Shown here in pieces: positions 49,526 through 62,700 of a stretch of DNA of 64,000 nt (position 1 is the stretch's first letter; each line of letters starts with the position of its first letter). Source of the stretch: Protoeuglena noctilucae (Eukaryota); assembly GCA_958009085.1 (NCBI GenBank), contig OY253672.1, positions 1,116,001 to 1,180,000 on the forward strand. The letters are read 5' to 3'. Under the pieces are notes generated by a model. It saw only the letters and a list, made by a program, of their open reading frames with translations. It did not search any database and was not told where the DNA came from. A program made the translations under genes and the position numbers.

Positions 49526-50345
49526 ATGAGACTGGGGCCCAGCTTCTTTGCGAGAGTAGCTAGGGTTTTGTCAACAGAGCTGAAAGCGAAGGCGACACCG
49601 ACTGGGTGGATAGAGGCCACTCGCTCGCCCCCACGCCGCACATCCCTAGCGTGGGCCCCTCCCGCCTCGCCGACCCCGCGCACAGCGTGCCGGGTCTTCG
49701 CAGCGAGCGCGAGGGCGCTTCCGCAGGGGCTATCGCGTCTCGCGGACCGGGCGGACGTGACGGTGCAGTTTGTGCGGAGCTCCGGTCCAGGCGGCCAGAA
49801 CGTGAACAAGCTCTCGGTGAGCGCGGGTTCCACTCTTGTTCCTTCCCCGCCATAACCTTCTGCGTTTCACTTGCAACGTGCCGATGGGCTAAGCCTCGCG
49901 CCCTGCGCCCGGCCTGCGCAGACCAAGGCAGATGTCCGGGTGCAGCTGAGTGGGATCGCGTGGGCGTCGCCGGAGGTGGTCCAGGCGGTGCAGGAGCGAG
50001 AGCGGAACCGCGTCAACAACCGCGGGGAGCTCGTCGTGCAGTCGGACCGCTTCCGGACGCAGCAGCAGAACGTGGCCGACGCCCTGCAGAAGCTCAATGA
50101 CATGTTCCTGGAGGCGGCGCGGTCGCTGGAGGAGCCCGAGCCCGACCCCGAGAAAGCCAAGAGGATCGCCGCACTAGGTGAGGCGGCTGGGGCCGGGACG
50201 CGCGCACCGTGGCATGGCCTGCACGCGTGCCCCTAACGCTGCCCGGCGCTGCTGTCTGTACACAGAGAGGGCCGCGAAGGAGAGGCGGATACAGGAGAAG
50301 AAGAAGGCTAGTTCAAAGAAAGCGGAACGGCGCGTGCAGTGGTGA
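49526..50345 (+). CDS. Organellar ICT1/ArfB-like peptidyl-tRNA hydrolase, multi-exon; start codon uncertain
   Basis: FVRSSGPGGQNVNK, TKADVR, NRVNNRGELVVQSDRFRTQQQNVADAL, basic tail RIQEKKKASSKKAERR. Confidence 0.88.
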
Positions 50346-50609
50346 TTTGGGCGCACGTGCAGGCCCTAGACGCGGACGCTAGCCCGACTTCTCAAGCAGA
50401 CCCTCGAGATACCGGTTCATCACCCATCGTTCGGACCTCTCCACGTCTAGCCGGTGGTGGTCCCGGACGTACCGACCCCCGTGCAGCTTGTACTGGCACA
50501 CGAGCTTCGCGACGATGTACCACTCCCTGCATGTGGGCTCAGCCAGTCGGATAGCACAAGAAAGCCAGCACCTCTAAGCAAACAATGAAGCACAATATAC
50601 CCTCAGTTC

Positions 50610-51222
50610 TCACCCGTCCACCTCGATGGTCTCCCCGCAATGGGTGTTGGGAGGGAGCGAGTGGATGCCCAGGCTTCGAGGGGGGGGAGACAGCACACGA
50701 ACCTCGAACAGGCCCGGCTCCTGCGCATGCAAGCAAAAGCGTCCATGTTTCAAGTAATGCAATGCCGTCGGGGCCCTGACGTGGGGCCTCGGAGCCACAA
50801 ACTGAACGCAGGCACCAACGCAGCTCTGAGGACCCACGCCTGCCAGACCGTCCTTTGAGTACCAAATCTACCGTCCAGGTTAGCGATAAGAGCTTGGTAC
50901 GCTCTTGCGCGCCCCGCGCGAGGGCCGTGCGCGACTCACGCGAGCCTTGCGTCGACGGGACGCGGAAACGACGAGCGTCGCCCCCCTCTCCCGGGTCGAT
51001 CCTAGCCTCCCCGATGTCGATGCTGCGATTGAAGGCATCGAGGCCTTTGACGGCTTCCAGGGCGCCCGTTCGAGTGCCAAACCACTCCCTCCCACTCTGC
51101 GCAGAGGAGCCGTGGGCCCCGCGGCCCCTTCCGACGCTGCGCTCGTGGAGGACACACACCTTTGGCAGTGCTGTTCACGGGAGTTATGGCGACGTGGCGT
51201 GCGAAGCCCCCAAGCTCCCTCA
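50610..51222 (-). CDS. Possible short multi-exon gene with weak resemblance to the Atg13 N-terminal HORMA domain
   Basis: Segments CVLHERS, REWFG, WTVDLVLK, LLETWTL occur in the order expected for Atg13 HORMA; judged by eye only, boundaries uncertain. Confidence 0.25.
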
Positions 51223-51629
51223 TCGGCGTCGTGGTCGCCCTCTCTTTTTTCGAGACAGAGACCGACCCCGACTGCGGGTAGGGCGGATGCTGGCGCAACC
51301 AGCTTGTGGCGGACAACAGCGTGGAGCCTTGACGTTGGGACCCCCACCCAAGAAATGTCTGGCGCGTGTCGGATGTGTAGTTAAGCGAGCTGCGAGTCGC
51401 TGCAACACAAAATGGGACGACCCGCAGTTTGTCTGCGTGCGCGCATTCGAGAAGCTACGCACTCCTATTTTCAGAGTCGTCCTTTTTTTGATTGGCCACT
51501 CTGAGAAGGAAGCCAAGTCCCCACGCGTACCATCGCATCTTCCTCTGTAGATCTGGGCGTCGTAGATCTGGGCGTCGCCTGGGGTTAGACTCGGTCCATG
51601 GGCCCCAGTGGACGTGCCCGAGCCGCACG

Positions 51630-54491
51630 ATGGATTACAGCGTGACGAAGACGCTGCGGGAGACCTTCCATGGTTTGCTTGGGTCTAAGAGCGATGCAGA
51701 GATCCAAGAGTTGGCGCGACGGGCGAGCATGGAGGTGGTGGAGCTGCGGCGGCGGGGCCGCGCTATCATAGACGAGACTGACCGCCAGAAGACTCGCACG
51801 GCGCGGTTCCGCGAGGAGTTGGACAAGGCAAGTGTGGAGCAGTGGCCCGGAGCGACCATCGCCCGAAGCTCGGCATTTTTGCACTGCCGGGTCGCCGACC
51901 GAGCCGGTTTGTTGCCCGCAGGCCCACCTGCTCCTGGCCAACTTCCAGTACGAGCGGCGGTACTACGAGAAGGAGATCCGTGACTGCGAGGACTTCCAAC
52001 ACGCGCACACGGACGAGCAGATCGGGCTCGTGCCCCTGGAAGAGTTTTGGGAGGCCGCTCCTCCCGAACTCACCGCCGATTTGGACCGGAACAAGCCCGA
52101 CGAGCACTTGTTCATGCTGCGGGTGAGTGGAGGCGTTTTTTGGCGTGCGTGGACCTCGGGCAGTGCCGGAATGGAGCAGGCTTCTCGCATCCGAGGGCTC
52201 GTGGGTCTGTTGGCACGCTTTCTGGACGCCTCCCGCGCCCGCAGCGGCTGGAGTTTGAGCGAATGCAGCGCGCGGAGCTGCTGGAGCAGCTGAAGTCGCT
52301 CAAAGAGATCCGGGACAAGAAGGTAAGGCGCAGCTGGCGGCCCCCGACAGGAGGCACGACAGGTGCTTTTCCCCAAAGCAACAAAGCCCCACCCCGGCCG
52401 CGAGCCGCTCCCGCAGTCTGCAAAGGTCGAGGAGCGTCGCAAGCTCACGGACGTGTCGGCTGCGCTGGCCAAGGTTGGAGACACGGTGGCCGAGATACAG
52501 AGGCAGCTGGGGTCGTACCAATGGAAGGACGTGGCGAGCAGCAAGGCGGCGGAGCTGCTCCCTGCGCCGATGTACGTGCTGTACACGCAGCTCTGCGCGT
52601 GCCGCGACGCCCATGGAGAGGACGTGGAGGTGGCGGTGGAGGGGGACATCCCCGCTGCCCAGGCGTTCGCCAAGAGCGCCGCAGAGAGCGCCGCCAAGGC
52701 CGGGGTCAAGAGGCCGAGGCTCCAGGCGAGACATGCGAGGGCGGCGAGGGGCACGCCTCGTCAGCGGCTGTCAAAGAGGACTTCCAGCGCCTTGCCACAG
52801 CCCTTGAATGCCCGCGACTGCCAACGTGTCAACCGTCCTCCCTCCCGTGTTGTCCAGGGTGGCGACGTGTCTGCCGTGCTCCAGCCTCACCCGCTGGCCG
52901 TGGTGCTCGACATCTGCCCCGCCTCTGCTCGCGTCGTCTTCTACTACATGCCTGCCCTGCACCTCGGTGAGTGTTAAAAGCCGCCAGAGACCGAGTGGCT
53001 CTATCATTATCTTTCCAAGGACTGGCTCTGCTTGCCAGAGCAAGACCGTCCCTGAGAGCCCGCCTCACCGCGTCACGTCGCAGTGTTTGCCAAGGCGGCG
53101 CAAGAGCACCAGCAGAAGTTCCTCGGGGAGCTCTTCGACGGCGACGACGGTGCGGATCTGCCCAGCGAGGCCGCCAAGCACGTCCAGGTCGATGGAGGGA
53201 CCGCGTGGGACTTCCCGCAGGGCCGCCGGGAGAGGCGAGGGGCGGCGGCACGGACCGCGGCACTGCCGGGCGCTGGGCCGCGCTGGGGCTGTCGCCAGCG
53301 AATCTCAGCGCCTTTACTTCGCCCCCGCAGGCCCTACGGCTGGTGCCAGAAGCTGGCCGGCCTGGACTTCCTGCCCAGCATGCCTTTCTTGCCTGGGGAA
53401 CCTCAGGTGTACAGCCGGGGTGCCCAGGAGGACGCTCTGAGGGCGCACCGCCAGGGCGGCCTGCCTCTCCGCGTCATTGACTTGCTGTCCTTCCTCATCC
53501 AGGCCTCCGCCAAAGTCAATCCCCAGGTCAATGCCCTGAAGGTGAGTGGGCGGGTTTCGCACGTCATGCTGCCACGTGGGCCTGCTCAGCCCGGTGTGTG
53601 GCTCATAAAAGCTGTGTGACTTGCCGCGTCGCAGGCCGGGGGCGATGTCACACGGAAGAAGGTGGAGGAGGTGCTGGCGGTGATGGCGGCAGCAGGCGGC
53701 GTGTGCGCGGAGGTGGCGGCCCGTCGGGAGGCACTCTTGGCAGCCCTGCCTTCCGTCCGGGAAGTCACGGAGGACGGCAGCGGGGCGGGCGCGGAGCCCG
53801 AGGCGCCGTCATCCTCCGAGCCGCAGCCACAGGTCGGTGCTGTGGCGAGAGCGCCGCGTGCCTCCCCGCTGACTCCGTTGCGGCATCGAGCGGTCGGTCT
53901 TCCCTGCAGGAGGGCGCCGGTCGTGCGCGCGCGGGTGCGGAGGACGCGGAGGGCGAGGCTGGAGATGCGGAAGGCGAGGGCGAGGCGAGGAAGGCGGGGC
54001 AGGACGGGGAGGAGGAGCGGGACGACGGAGAGGACGACGCGGCAGCCTCAGCCTCGGCGCAGAGGCCCCTCCGAGTGCTGGCCGTGTCGCCTGCATTGCC
54101 CCACGGCACGCCACCCACGCTGCGGGTGGCCGTGCCCCAGGCGTTCCCGCTCGAGCTCCCCACAGTGTCCCTCCACTCCCGGGGCGGTCTGGCGGAAGCC
54201 GCGGCGCAGCGGCTGGCGTCCGCGGCGCCCCACGCGGTCGGGGCGGCGTTGCGGGCGCTGGCGGCGGCGACCTCGCTTCCTGCGGAGGACCTGCCGCCCG
54301 CTGCCACGGGTGCCGAGGGGGGCGTCGCGCAGGTCCTCGGGCGATCCCCGGGGAAGGGCCCGGAGCCCAACTGGCGCCTCGCGGAGGTCGCCGTTGTTGC
54401 GGCAGTGCTCGTGGCGGCGTGGGAGATGCACCGGGCGTCCGAGGAGATGGCTGGGGGGGACGTGGACATGACTGACGCTGACGCGACGTAG
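51630..54491 (+). CDS. THOC5: THO complex subunit 5 (FMIP family), multi-exon
   Basis: ELDK|AHLLLANFQYERRYYEKEIRDCEDF, HLFMLR|RLEFERMQR, AELLPAPMYVLYTQL, PHPLAVVL, LGELFDGDDGADLP, RPYGWCQKLAGLDF. Confidence 0.9.
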
Positions 54492-55095
54492 GATAACGGC
54501 TGACTCGGGGGCCTGGCTCAGGCTTTGCAAGTCGCAGACACTTCTGGCAGCACTATTTCCATAAAAAGCGGCGAGCAGGCGCGTCAGAGCCCTCGAAGCT
54601 TTTGGTTTTCTGAACATTCCTCGGACCACCCGGTCATCCCCGCCAGCGAGCGATCCCCTAGTTCGAGCATAAAGCGAGCGCAGACGCCGCGCCCGGGGCG
54701 GAGCCTGCGACAAGGTGAGACCCCTTCCCGCCCTCCCGCGCTGCCACGTCGTTGCCTGTGTCGCTGGGAAGGCAGGGCAAATGGGCGGGCTTTGCTGCGC
54801 TCGCCAGCAGGACAGGATAGCATGGTCTGTACCCCGCGGGCCGCGGGGACGAAATTGGCTCGCTTTCGACCTCAGCTATGGTCGCATTCATCACTTGGTA
54901 ACATCTTTTGCTTGATATCCTGTTATTTCGAAGAATGGACCCAGGTCTGGGGACGTGCTTTGCTATTGTGCTCTTCTGTTTATACCTCGTACACAAACCC
55001 CAGCCGCAAAGCCGCTCGGCGAACACACTTGCCCTTCCATGTTCTGCTCGCAGCCTTTTATCCGGGCCTCTGCCGTGCGGAAAGCGGGCGGCAAA

Positions 55096-56319
55096 ATGCA
55101 ACGCTGGCACGCGCGCCCGCTTCAATGCGCGGTGCTCGTGCTGACGCTGGCGGCGTCGGCCCAGGCGGGTGCTGTCTTTGGCGGCCTCTTCGACTGGGAC
55201 CCACCGCCGCCCCCGAGCTACGACTCGTACTACTACGGTCCTTCGCCGAGCTACTCCAACCCGTCGCCGAGCTACTCGGACCCGTCGCCGCCCCCTCCAT
55301 CGCCACCCCCGCCCCCCCCTCCCCCGCCCTCGCCTCCGCCCCCTCCTCCTCCACCGTCACCATCACCGCCTCCTCCTCCCCCGAGCCCGCCCCCGCCTCC
55401 CTCGCCCTCGCCACCTCCGCCCTCGCCACCTCCGCCCTCGCCCCCGCCGCCACCCTACCGCACCCCATCCACCAAGGAGGCCACTGCCATCCCGCCACCC
55501 AACGTCCAGCTCACTGTCACGATCAACCTCTACGGGACGGACTCGTCGGTTGCGGACAGCCCCGCGTGGCTCGCGACGGCGTCTGGCATCCGGGGCGCGG
55601 TGGCGACGGTGCTGGACGTGGACTTGAACACCGTGATCGCTCGCACCGACTTCCAGCCACTCGGGGCGCCGGGGTCGGCAGCCAGGCGGAGGCTGGGTCA
55701 AACTCCAACCCCGAGCACGGCCGCCATCGTCACCGTCACCGCCCTAGCCAAGGACGGCGCCGAAGCACTGACCATGGCCCAGGAGCTGGACACCAACAAG
55801 GACCAACTACAGTCCAGGATATTGGGGGCGGCTCTGCAAGAGTTCGATGCGGTCGGCAGCGTCACCGTGTCTCAGCCACAGGTGGTCCTCCTGGGCTCGC
55901 AAGGTCTGCCCACGCCCACGCCTGCACCTCATCATCGCAAGGTGATCGAGGCATGCGTTCGAATGTGCTAGGGCTGCGACCTTTCAAGGTGGCTGTGCAG
56001 ACGAGCTCATATCACGCCTGTTCCACACGCAGTCCTTGAAGCCCCTCATCATTCCCGTCTGCCTGAGTGTGACTGGAGCCATCCTCGGCGGCATCATCAA
56101 GTACGCGTGGTCCCGTTCCACCAAGTGAGCCGCCAGCTTTGCAATTCTACAACGCGCACACCCACGGGCGTGACTGGCGCGCGGTGCGACCCCCTATGGT
56201 CCTCCTTACCTCACAGGCGATGCAGGAGTCCAGATAAGCAGGGCCAAGGGCAGGGGAAGGGCCAGGGCCAAGGGCAGGGGAAGGGGCAGGAACAGGAGCA
56301 ATTTGCCCCTGTGGTGTAA
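55096..56319 (+). CDS. Secreted or surface hydroxyproline-rich glycoprotein (SPn repeats) with C-terminal globular domain; last exons uncertain
   Basis: Signal peptide AVLVLTLAASAQA, PSPPPP tract, VQLTVTINL..ARRRL segment; downstream GQGQGK repeat exon ends at TAA 56319. Confidence 0.7.
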
Positions 56320-56775
56320 GCTAAGCTTCTGCGCCTGCGACAGCTCCTTGCTTGTGTTGCTCGTTGCGTGAGGGTGTATCCCTCGCTGTGACTGTGCAAC
56401 GCCGTTTCAATGGTGCTCTCCCAATCAGATCTAGCGCCGGATGGCACGCAAGTGGGGTGGTGGGTCGGTGGGAAGGGGTATGTCGGGACGTGACTACGCG
56501 ATGCTATCCCAGGTACACAGCTCCGACCAGGCAAAGTGTGGAAAAGCGGCCGCGTGGGCGGATAAATCAAGCCCATGTCTCTGGCAACGGGGTCGGTGGG
56601 GCCATGGGAGCCCTCGCCAGCTCTCGCAAGGACGAGCGCTGTGCGGCACGAGCTATGAGGAAAGAGACACCTCACAAAGCATCACCCGACGCTCGCCTCG
56701 CGCCCAGCTGCGGCCAGCCCTGGTGCGCGTGCGACGGGGCCCGCACCGGCACCCCGGCCTCGCGTCACGGCGCGC

Positions 56776-59700
56776 TCAGGCGGGCACGGGGCGTGGTGCG
56801 CTTCCCATGTGCTGCGCGACGTTGGCGAACAGCCTGCGGATCTCCTCGCTCGTCTGCGTGAACTCGTGGTCCCAGAACTTATACACGGGGTTCTTGATGA
56901 GCTCGATGAAGGTGACCAGCAGGCCCCAGGGGTGCGGGCGGTTGACCATCAGCCGCTCCAGCAACACCCGCGTCAACTGCGGGCATTGAGAGGGGGTCAG
57001 GTTGGTTCCAGTCAGGACGAGGAATGCATGCATGCATGCGAGTAGGGGTGCAGAGGGCGCGAGGGTCATCAACTGCACTCACAAGCCCGTTAAGAAAAAG
57101 CGCCTCACCTGCTCCTTCACCACGGGCCGCGGTGCTTTGAGGAAGATGTAGAGCACGACGCACGAGAAGTAGTGCGTGTGGGCGTTGGGGTACCTCAGGT
57201 GGTTGGCGATGGCGTTGAAGAGGATGTAGCGGTCCTCTGGCTCCAGCTGCAGGAATGAGGGAAGAAGAAGAGAGGTGGGTGGAGTGGGGAGGACGGTGGC
57301 AGAGCGAGGGTGGCGGCAGAGCATGGAGCGAGCGGGCGAGGGCGATGGCGGCGAAGACCCAAGACGAGACAAGACATAGGAGATAGCCGGGGAAGGACAA
57401 CAAACCCACGTGGCGCGTCCCACCAACCGCGTCTCACCTCGACGGCGACCTGGAGGAAGAAGGACATGTGCGGCGGCTGGTGGGTGCCGGCGGCGTGGTC
57501 AATGGCCTGCCTGCCGACCGTGATGACCAGGGCGTTGACCAGGGACGTGGTCTGGGAGGACCCGAACCCAGCGGCCGCCTCCGCACGCGACGCCCGCAGC
57601 ACCTCCCCCACCACCGCCTTGACCGCGGTGGGCAGCCGCGCCGGCTGCGACACCACGCCCTCGATGGCCTCCCGCAGGGCGCGGGGCAGCGTCTGCGCGG
57701 GGTCAGGGACGATGGCGGGGACCTGGGCCATCTCCGGCAGCGTGTCGACCTTGAGGTTGGGCGTGAGGGGGTCGGGGAGTCGCATGCTCCTGGGGAAGGC
57801 CGACAGGACGAGGTTGCGCAGCTGGATGCACGGCCCCGGGATGGCGTCGCAGAGGTGGTAGTGGTACTCTGCCAGGAACTCCGGGAAGTCGTGGAGGAGG
57901 ACCAGGAACACCCGGAGCGTGCCCTTGTAGAGGAGGCGGATGGGCGGGGTGAGCTGGGCGGCGTGGAGGTACGGCTCCAGGAAGCGCAGGAGGCCGACGA
58001 GCAGGCGCAACAGGTGGGGCCAGCCCTTGTTGCGCGGGAGCTGCAGGAGCTTGGGCATGAAGCTGCGGAAGGAGACGAGCTCGAGCCAGGCGAAGGCGAA
58101 CCCGGGCACGCGGAGGGGCTGGAGGGCATTGAGGGCGGCGGCCATGGCGGCGAGCATGCCAAACGCGGCCGTGTCGGCGGGGGCCGAGGGCGTGAGCTCG
58201 TAGATGAGTCCGACGCACATGCGGAAGTAGGGGCGGGCGTTGAAGGCCCCGAGGCTGGCCGCAGCGTCCTTCTGCAGCACCGAGGCCACGACCGAGAGGA
58301 CCTTGGCGAGGAGCGGGGCGCCGCCCCCGTGCGTCTTGACTAAGAGCACGACCAGCATGACGAACGAGTCGACGGCCAGGAAGGAGAGCTGGCGCGAGCC
58401 GGGGGCCTCGCTCTTGAGGCAGTGCTGCACCGCCACCTCCGTCAGCGTGCGCAGGAAGCGGTCGGTGGTGTCGTCGCCGTTCAGCAGGCCCATGTGCCGC
58501 ACCTGCGCCACGAACTGCGCGTGGTCGCCCGTCGCCCGCTGCCCGTGCGAGGCGCGGATCCACTGCTCGAACAGCGCTGTGACCTGCTCCCGCAACATCG
58601 CCGACTGACGCTGGCGCTCCGCCTGAGCCAGCGCCTGCCCCGCCGGCTGCCCGGCCTGAGGAGCGGACGCCAAGCCGGGGGGACCCTGCGACCCCGGGCC
58701 GCCCGCCAGCGCCGGCGACTGGCCCAGGCTGCCCAGGCCCGGGGCGGCCGGGCCCGCCTGGGCGCTCCGGGCGCGCGCCTGCTCCACCAGCTTCAGGAGT
58801 AAGGCGCCCTGGGGGTGGCGCTGGGCCACGCGCAGCAGCAGCTCGATCGTCTGGGGAAAGTCCGTGACCGTGGCCCCCGTGTCGCCCAGGATGCAGTTGC
58901 TGATCACCAGCACGGCCAGCTCGACCCCCGTGAGCGCCTTGCTGCCCAATGAGATCGTGCGGGAGATGGACGTGTCCAGCGCGGACAGGGGCACGCCTCC
59001 GCCCGCCACCAGCGCCACGAGCGCCTCCTTGGGCGTGCGCGGCAGCTCCTCCAGCGCGTGCACCCACTCCGTGATGGGCGCCTGGACCTGGGCGGCCTCG
59101 GCGCCCGCCGCGGCGATGATGGCGCCCGCCGCCCCCGCGAAGGCGTGCGTGAGGAGCTTCGGGCCCGGGCCGGACCCGTTGCCCTCCATGGACAGGCACG
59201 CCATGAGCAGTTGCCGCACCACCAGCGCCGCCTCGCGCCACCCGCCCCCGGCCTGCAGGAACTGCGGCGCCCCCGCCACCAGCTGCCGCACCTCGGACCT
59301 CTCCGGCAGCGCGCGCAGCGTGGACCCCACCCCCAATTCCTTCTGCACGGCTGCCTCCAGCTGCTGCCGCCACAGCTGCAGCCGCTGCGCCAGCTGCGAC
59401 GAGGCGGGCGGGCCCATCTGCTGCGAGGCGGGCGCCGGCGCGGCCTCGGCCTCGGGAGCCGCCGACTCCGACGGCGCGGACCCCTGGCTCATGCCCGGCT
59501 GGCTGCCGGGGCCCGCGATGGCCGCGGCCTCGAGGGCGCCTGACGTGGCGGCATCGGCGGTGCCGTCCGAGGGCACCGCGGCCCTGGGCTGGAACTCGTC
59601 GTAGACGTTATGGGCCACGGAGGCGAGGGGCCTCGGGCGGAGGGCGGGCGGGAGGCGGGCGACGAGGGGGCTGATGCCCGGGGAGGCGAAGGGGCGCCCC

Positions 59701-62700
59701 TCGCGCCTCGCCTGGGCCCGGGCGGCCAGCTGCCCCTCCAGGCGTCCGTCGATCTCGCTGACGGCGCGGTCGAGCGCGATGTGCTCCAGCAGGGACATGC
59801 AGATGGGCAGGTTGTCCGTCGCCACCAGCTGCACGATCTTGTCGCGTGCCGCAGCCTCCCCCAGCACCGGCTTGAGCGCCTCGTGCATGAACTGCGTCAC
59901 GGAGCTCTGCGGGCACGAGGGTAACTGGCAGCGTCAGCCCATGCATGGGGGACATCGAGGCGGGGTGGTGGTTGCTGTGGGCGACCCCATGGTCGTCTAT
60001 CGTCATTTAACACAGGATCGACCCGTCTCAAACCAAAGCTAGGTTGTAGCGGTGCGGCAGCTGTGCATCGCCCCTGCCCTCGCCTTGAGCGGCTCCCGCA
60101 TGTTGATGGTGGTGAGGCTGACGGAGAGCTTCTGGGCCATGTTGATCGACGCCAGGCGCAGCTTGCCCTCGTCCGGCTCAAAGACGAAGTCCTTGGTTAA
60201 GAGGTCGACGGCGGTGCTGCAGGCGACGACCGTGTACCGCTCAACGAGGCCGTAGCAGTTTAGGACGGCCTTCTGAAGCACGACCGGCACGAGCTTCCCC
60301 AGCTGCAGCTGCTCGGCCACCCCGGACAGGTGCTGGTTGATGCGGCACGCCTGCCGCAGGATGCGCGCCACGGCGTTCTCCACCGCAGCCGCCTGCCGCG
60401 ACGCCGCGGGGCCGCCCTTGGCCCCGGGCAGCGCCGCGCCCTGCCGCGGTCCGATCCCGGGCAGCCCCGCCTTGCGCTCCGAGACCCAGTCGGGGTTGTC
60501 CTCCATGACCCTCGGGTAGCTGTGGAGCGACTGGGAGGGCATCATGTCCGCCACCTTGAGGTTGAAGTCCCCCAGGGTCATCTCCACCTCGAACCGTATG
60601 GGCAGCTTCAGCTTGTCGCCCCCCAGCGTGTAGATCTCCACCAGGAGGGACAGGATCGCCATGGTCCAGGGGTTGGGCGGGCGGAAGATGAGCGAGTGCT
60701 TGGCGCCCTCGAGGACCTTGTGGACGAACGGGACCACGGCGATCATGCGGCCGCGCTGGTAGGCATCGAAGAGGCAGTCCTTGAGCGACAGCTCCTTGTG
60801 CAGCACGGGGCGGTTGCGCGCCAGGGTCAGCTGCCCCAGCCAGCTCCCCAGGTTCTTGAGCAGCGAGCGCTCGGACGCCTGCGTGTGCACCTGCTCGGAC
60901 GCTGCGGGGGAGACGACACACGGGTGCAGGGTAGGTTGTTGTGATGGTGTGAGGGGTGTAGTGCCGGATCTCCGCCGCCCTGCTCTGTACTCCCATGCAG
61001 ACCCTGGCTAGCCTCGCTTGCTAGGTTCGCCTGCTAACACACGGTGCGCGTCAACCAACGGGTACTTGTGTGCCCCTGCCGCGCTCACCGAGGAGAGTCC
61101 TGACGTAGTGGTAGGTGGTCGAGAGGACCTTCCTCTGAATGGTCGGATCCTTGAACTCGTTCACCAGTCGCACGTACAGGGGCTGGAAGTTGTGCTGCAC
61201 AGACACGGGGGCGTGTGGCAGCAGGTTAGTCACGGAGACCGCCCCAGGACCCTTTCAAGTCCACACGGCCCTGTCGCATGACAGGTCTCAGGGGACAAAA
61301 CCGAAAGGCATGTCATAACTAAGCACCTCGTCTTGCTCGCGGCGCTGAGCGTGGCGGGGCTGCCCAGGCAATGCGGAGCCGGCCTCACCTCCGCAGCGGC
61401 GCGCTTGACCACGATCAAATTGGAGAACCAATCCTGGAAGTTTTTGCCGACGATACGACCGATGTCAGCCGCCTTGCTCGGCAGGTTCTCCTGGGACAGG
61501 TTGTTGATGTTGAAGGACACGCGGTCCTGGTCGGCCTCTGGTGGGATCTGCGAGCGAGGCAGGGCGGGGTGGCAGTCACGTCAGGGGTGCGCCACCTGTG
61601 ACGGACAGTGGAATGGAAGCAAAGACATCAAGCGGAGAAAAACACAGAGACGATTGCAGACCACAAACAGCCAACCGCGTCTCATACAGACGACGTGAAG
61701 AACGCATCACGCAGAGTGGCGCCGGGGTCGTACCTGGGTGCGCTGCAGCCGCATCTGGTACTCGCGCTCGAGCGTGCTGACGCCGGGCATGGGTGCGGTC
61801 CCGGGCGCCTGCACCGACCCGGACCCGGCGCCCGAGAGGCTGGCGGGGTGCTGCGACTTGACGGCGTCAAGGGCCGCAGAGGTGCCCTGCATGGGCTGGG
61901 ATTGCTGCGCCGCGGCCTGGGGCGCGGCCTGGGGCTGCTGGGGCTGGGACGCCGCGACGGCCGCGTCGTGAATGTCCTTCGCCGCCTGCTGCAGCACGGG
62001 GAGGCTGGCGAGTCCCGTGGCGAAGTGGGGCCAGGAGGGCAGGCGAGGCGCCGCCATGCGGATGGCCTCAATGGCGAAGGCGAACATGGCGCTGCCGGGC
62101 GGCTTGGTGGCGAGGAAGACCAGGAGGGCCTCCAGGCACCAGGAGAGGTCGGGCCCGGTCAGCACGGACGAGCGGAGCATGGACCCGAGGAGCTGCGTGA
62201 CGACGTGCCGCTCGCGGTCGGGGTACTCGTCGAAGTGGACGAACTCGTCCAGCAGAGACTGGACCATGCAGTCCTTGACCTGCTGCTGGCGGGCGACCAG
62301 CGACTGCGAGAAGCGCTGCAGCATCTGCGTGGCGTCCGCGATAGTCAGCTTGCCGTGGAAGATCTGGTCGAAGTAGTCGTTCGCCTCGTTGTTGATGTCC
62401 TCGGGCCACTGCGGGCGGGGCCAGGGGGCGCGACGGTGGCGACGTGGGGCGGACGGGGACAGGAACACGGCGCAGTGCAGATGCTCTCAACCAGGACCCT
62501 CAGCCGCAGGCTGTCGAAAGCATGCCACCTCCTTCGCTCAAGACTGTCAGCCGTAAGCACTCGGCCCCACCGACACCATCGTATGCAACGCAACCCCATG
62601 CACGCCTCTCGCCTGCTGCTCCTGCCGTGGCTCTGGCTCCAGCGTCTGTTCTTGCTGCTGGAGCTGCTGGATCTCGTGCACGCGCTGCAGGGCCACCTCG

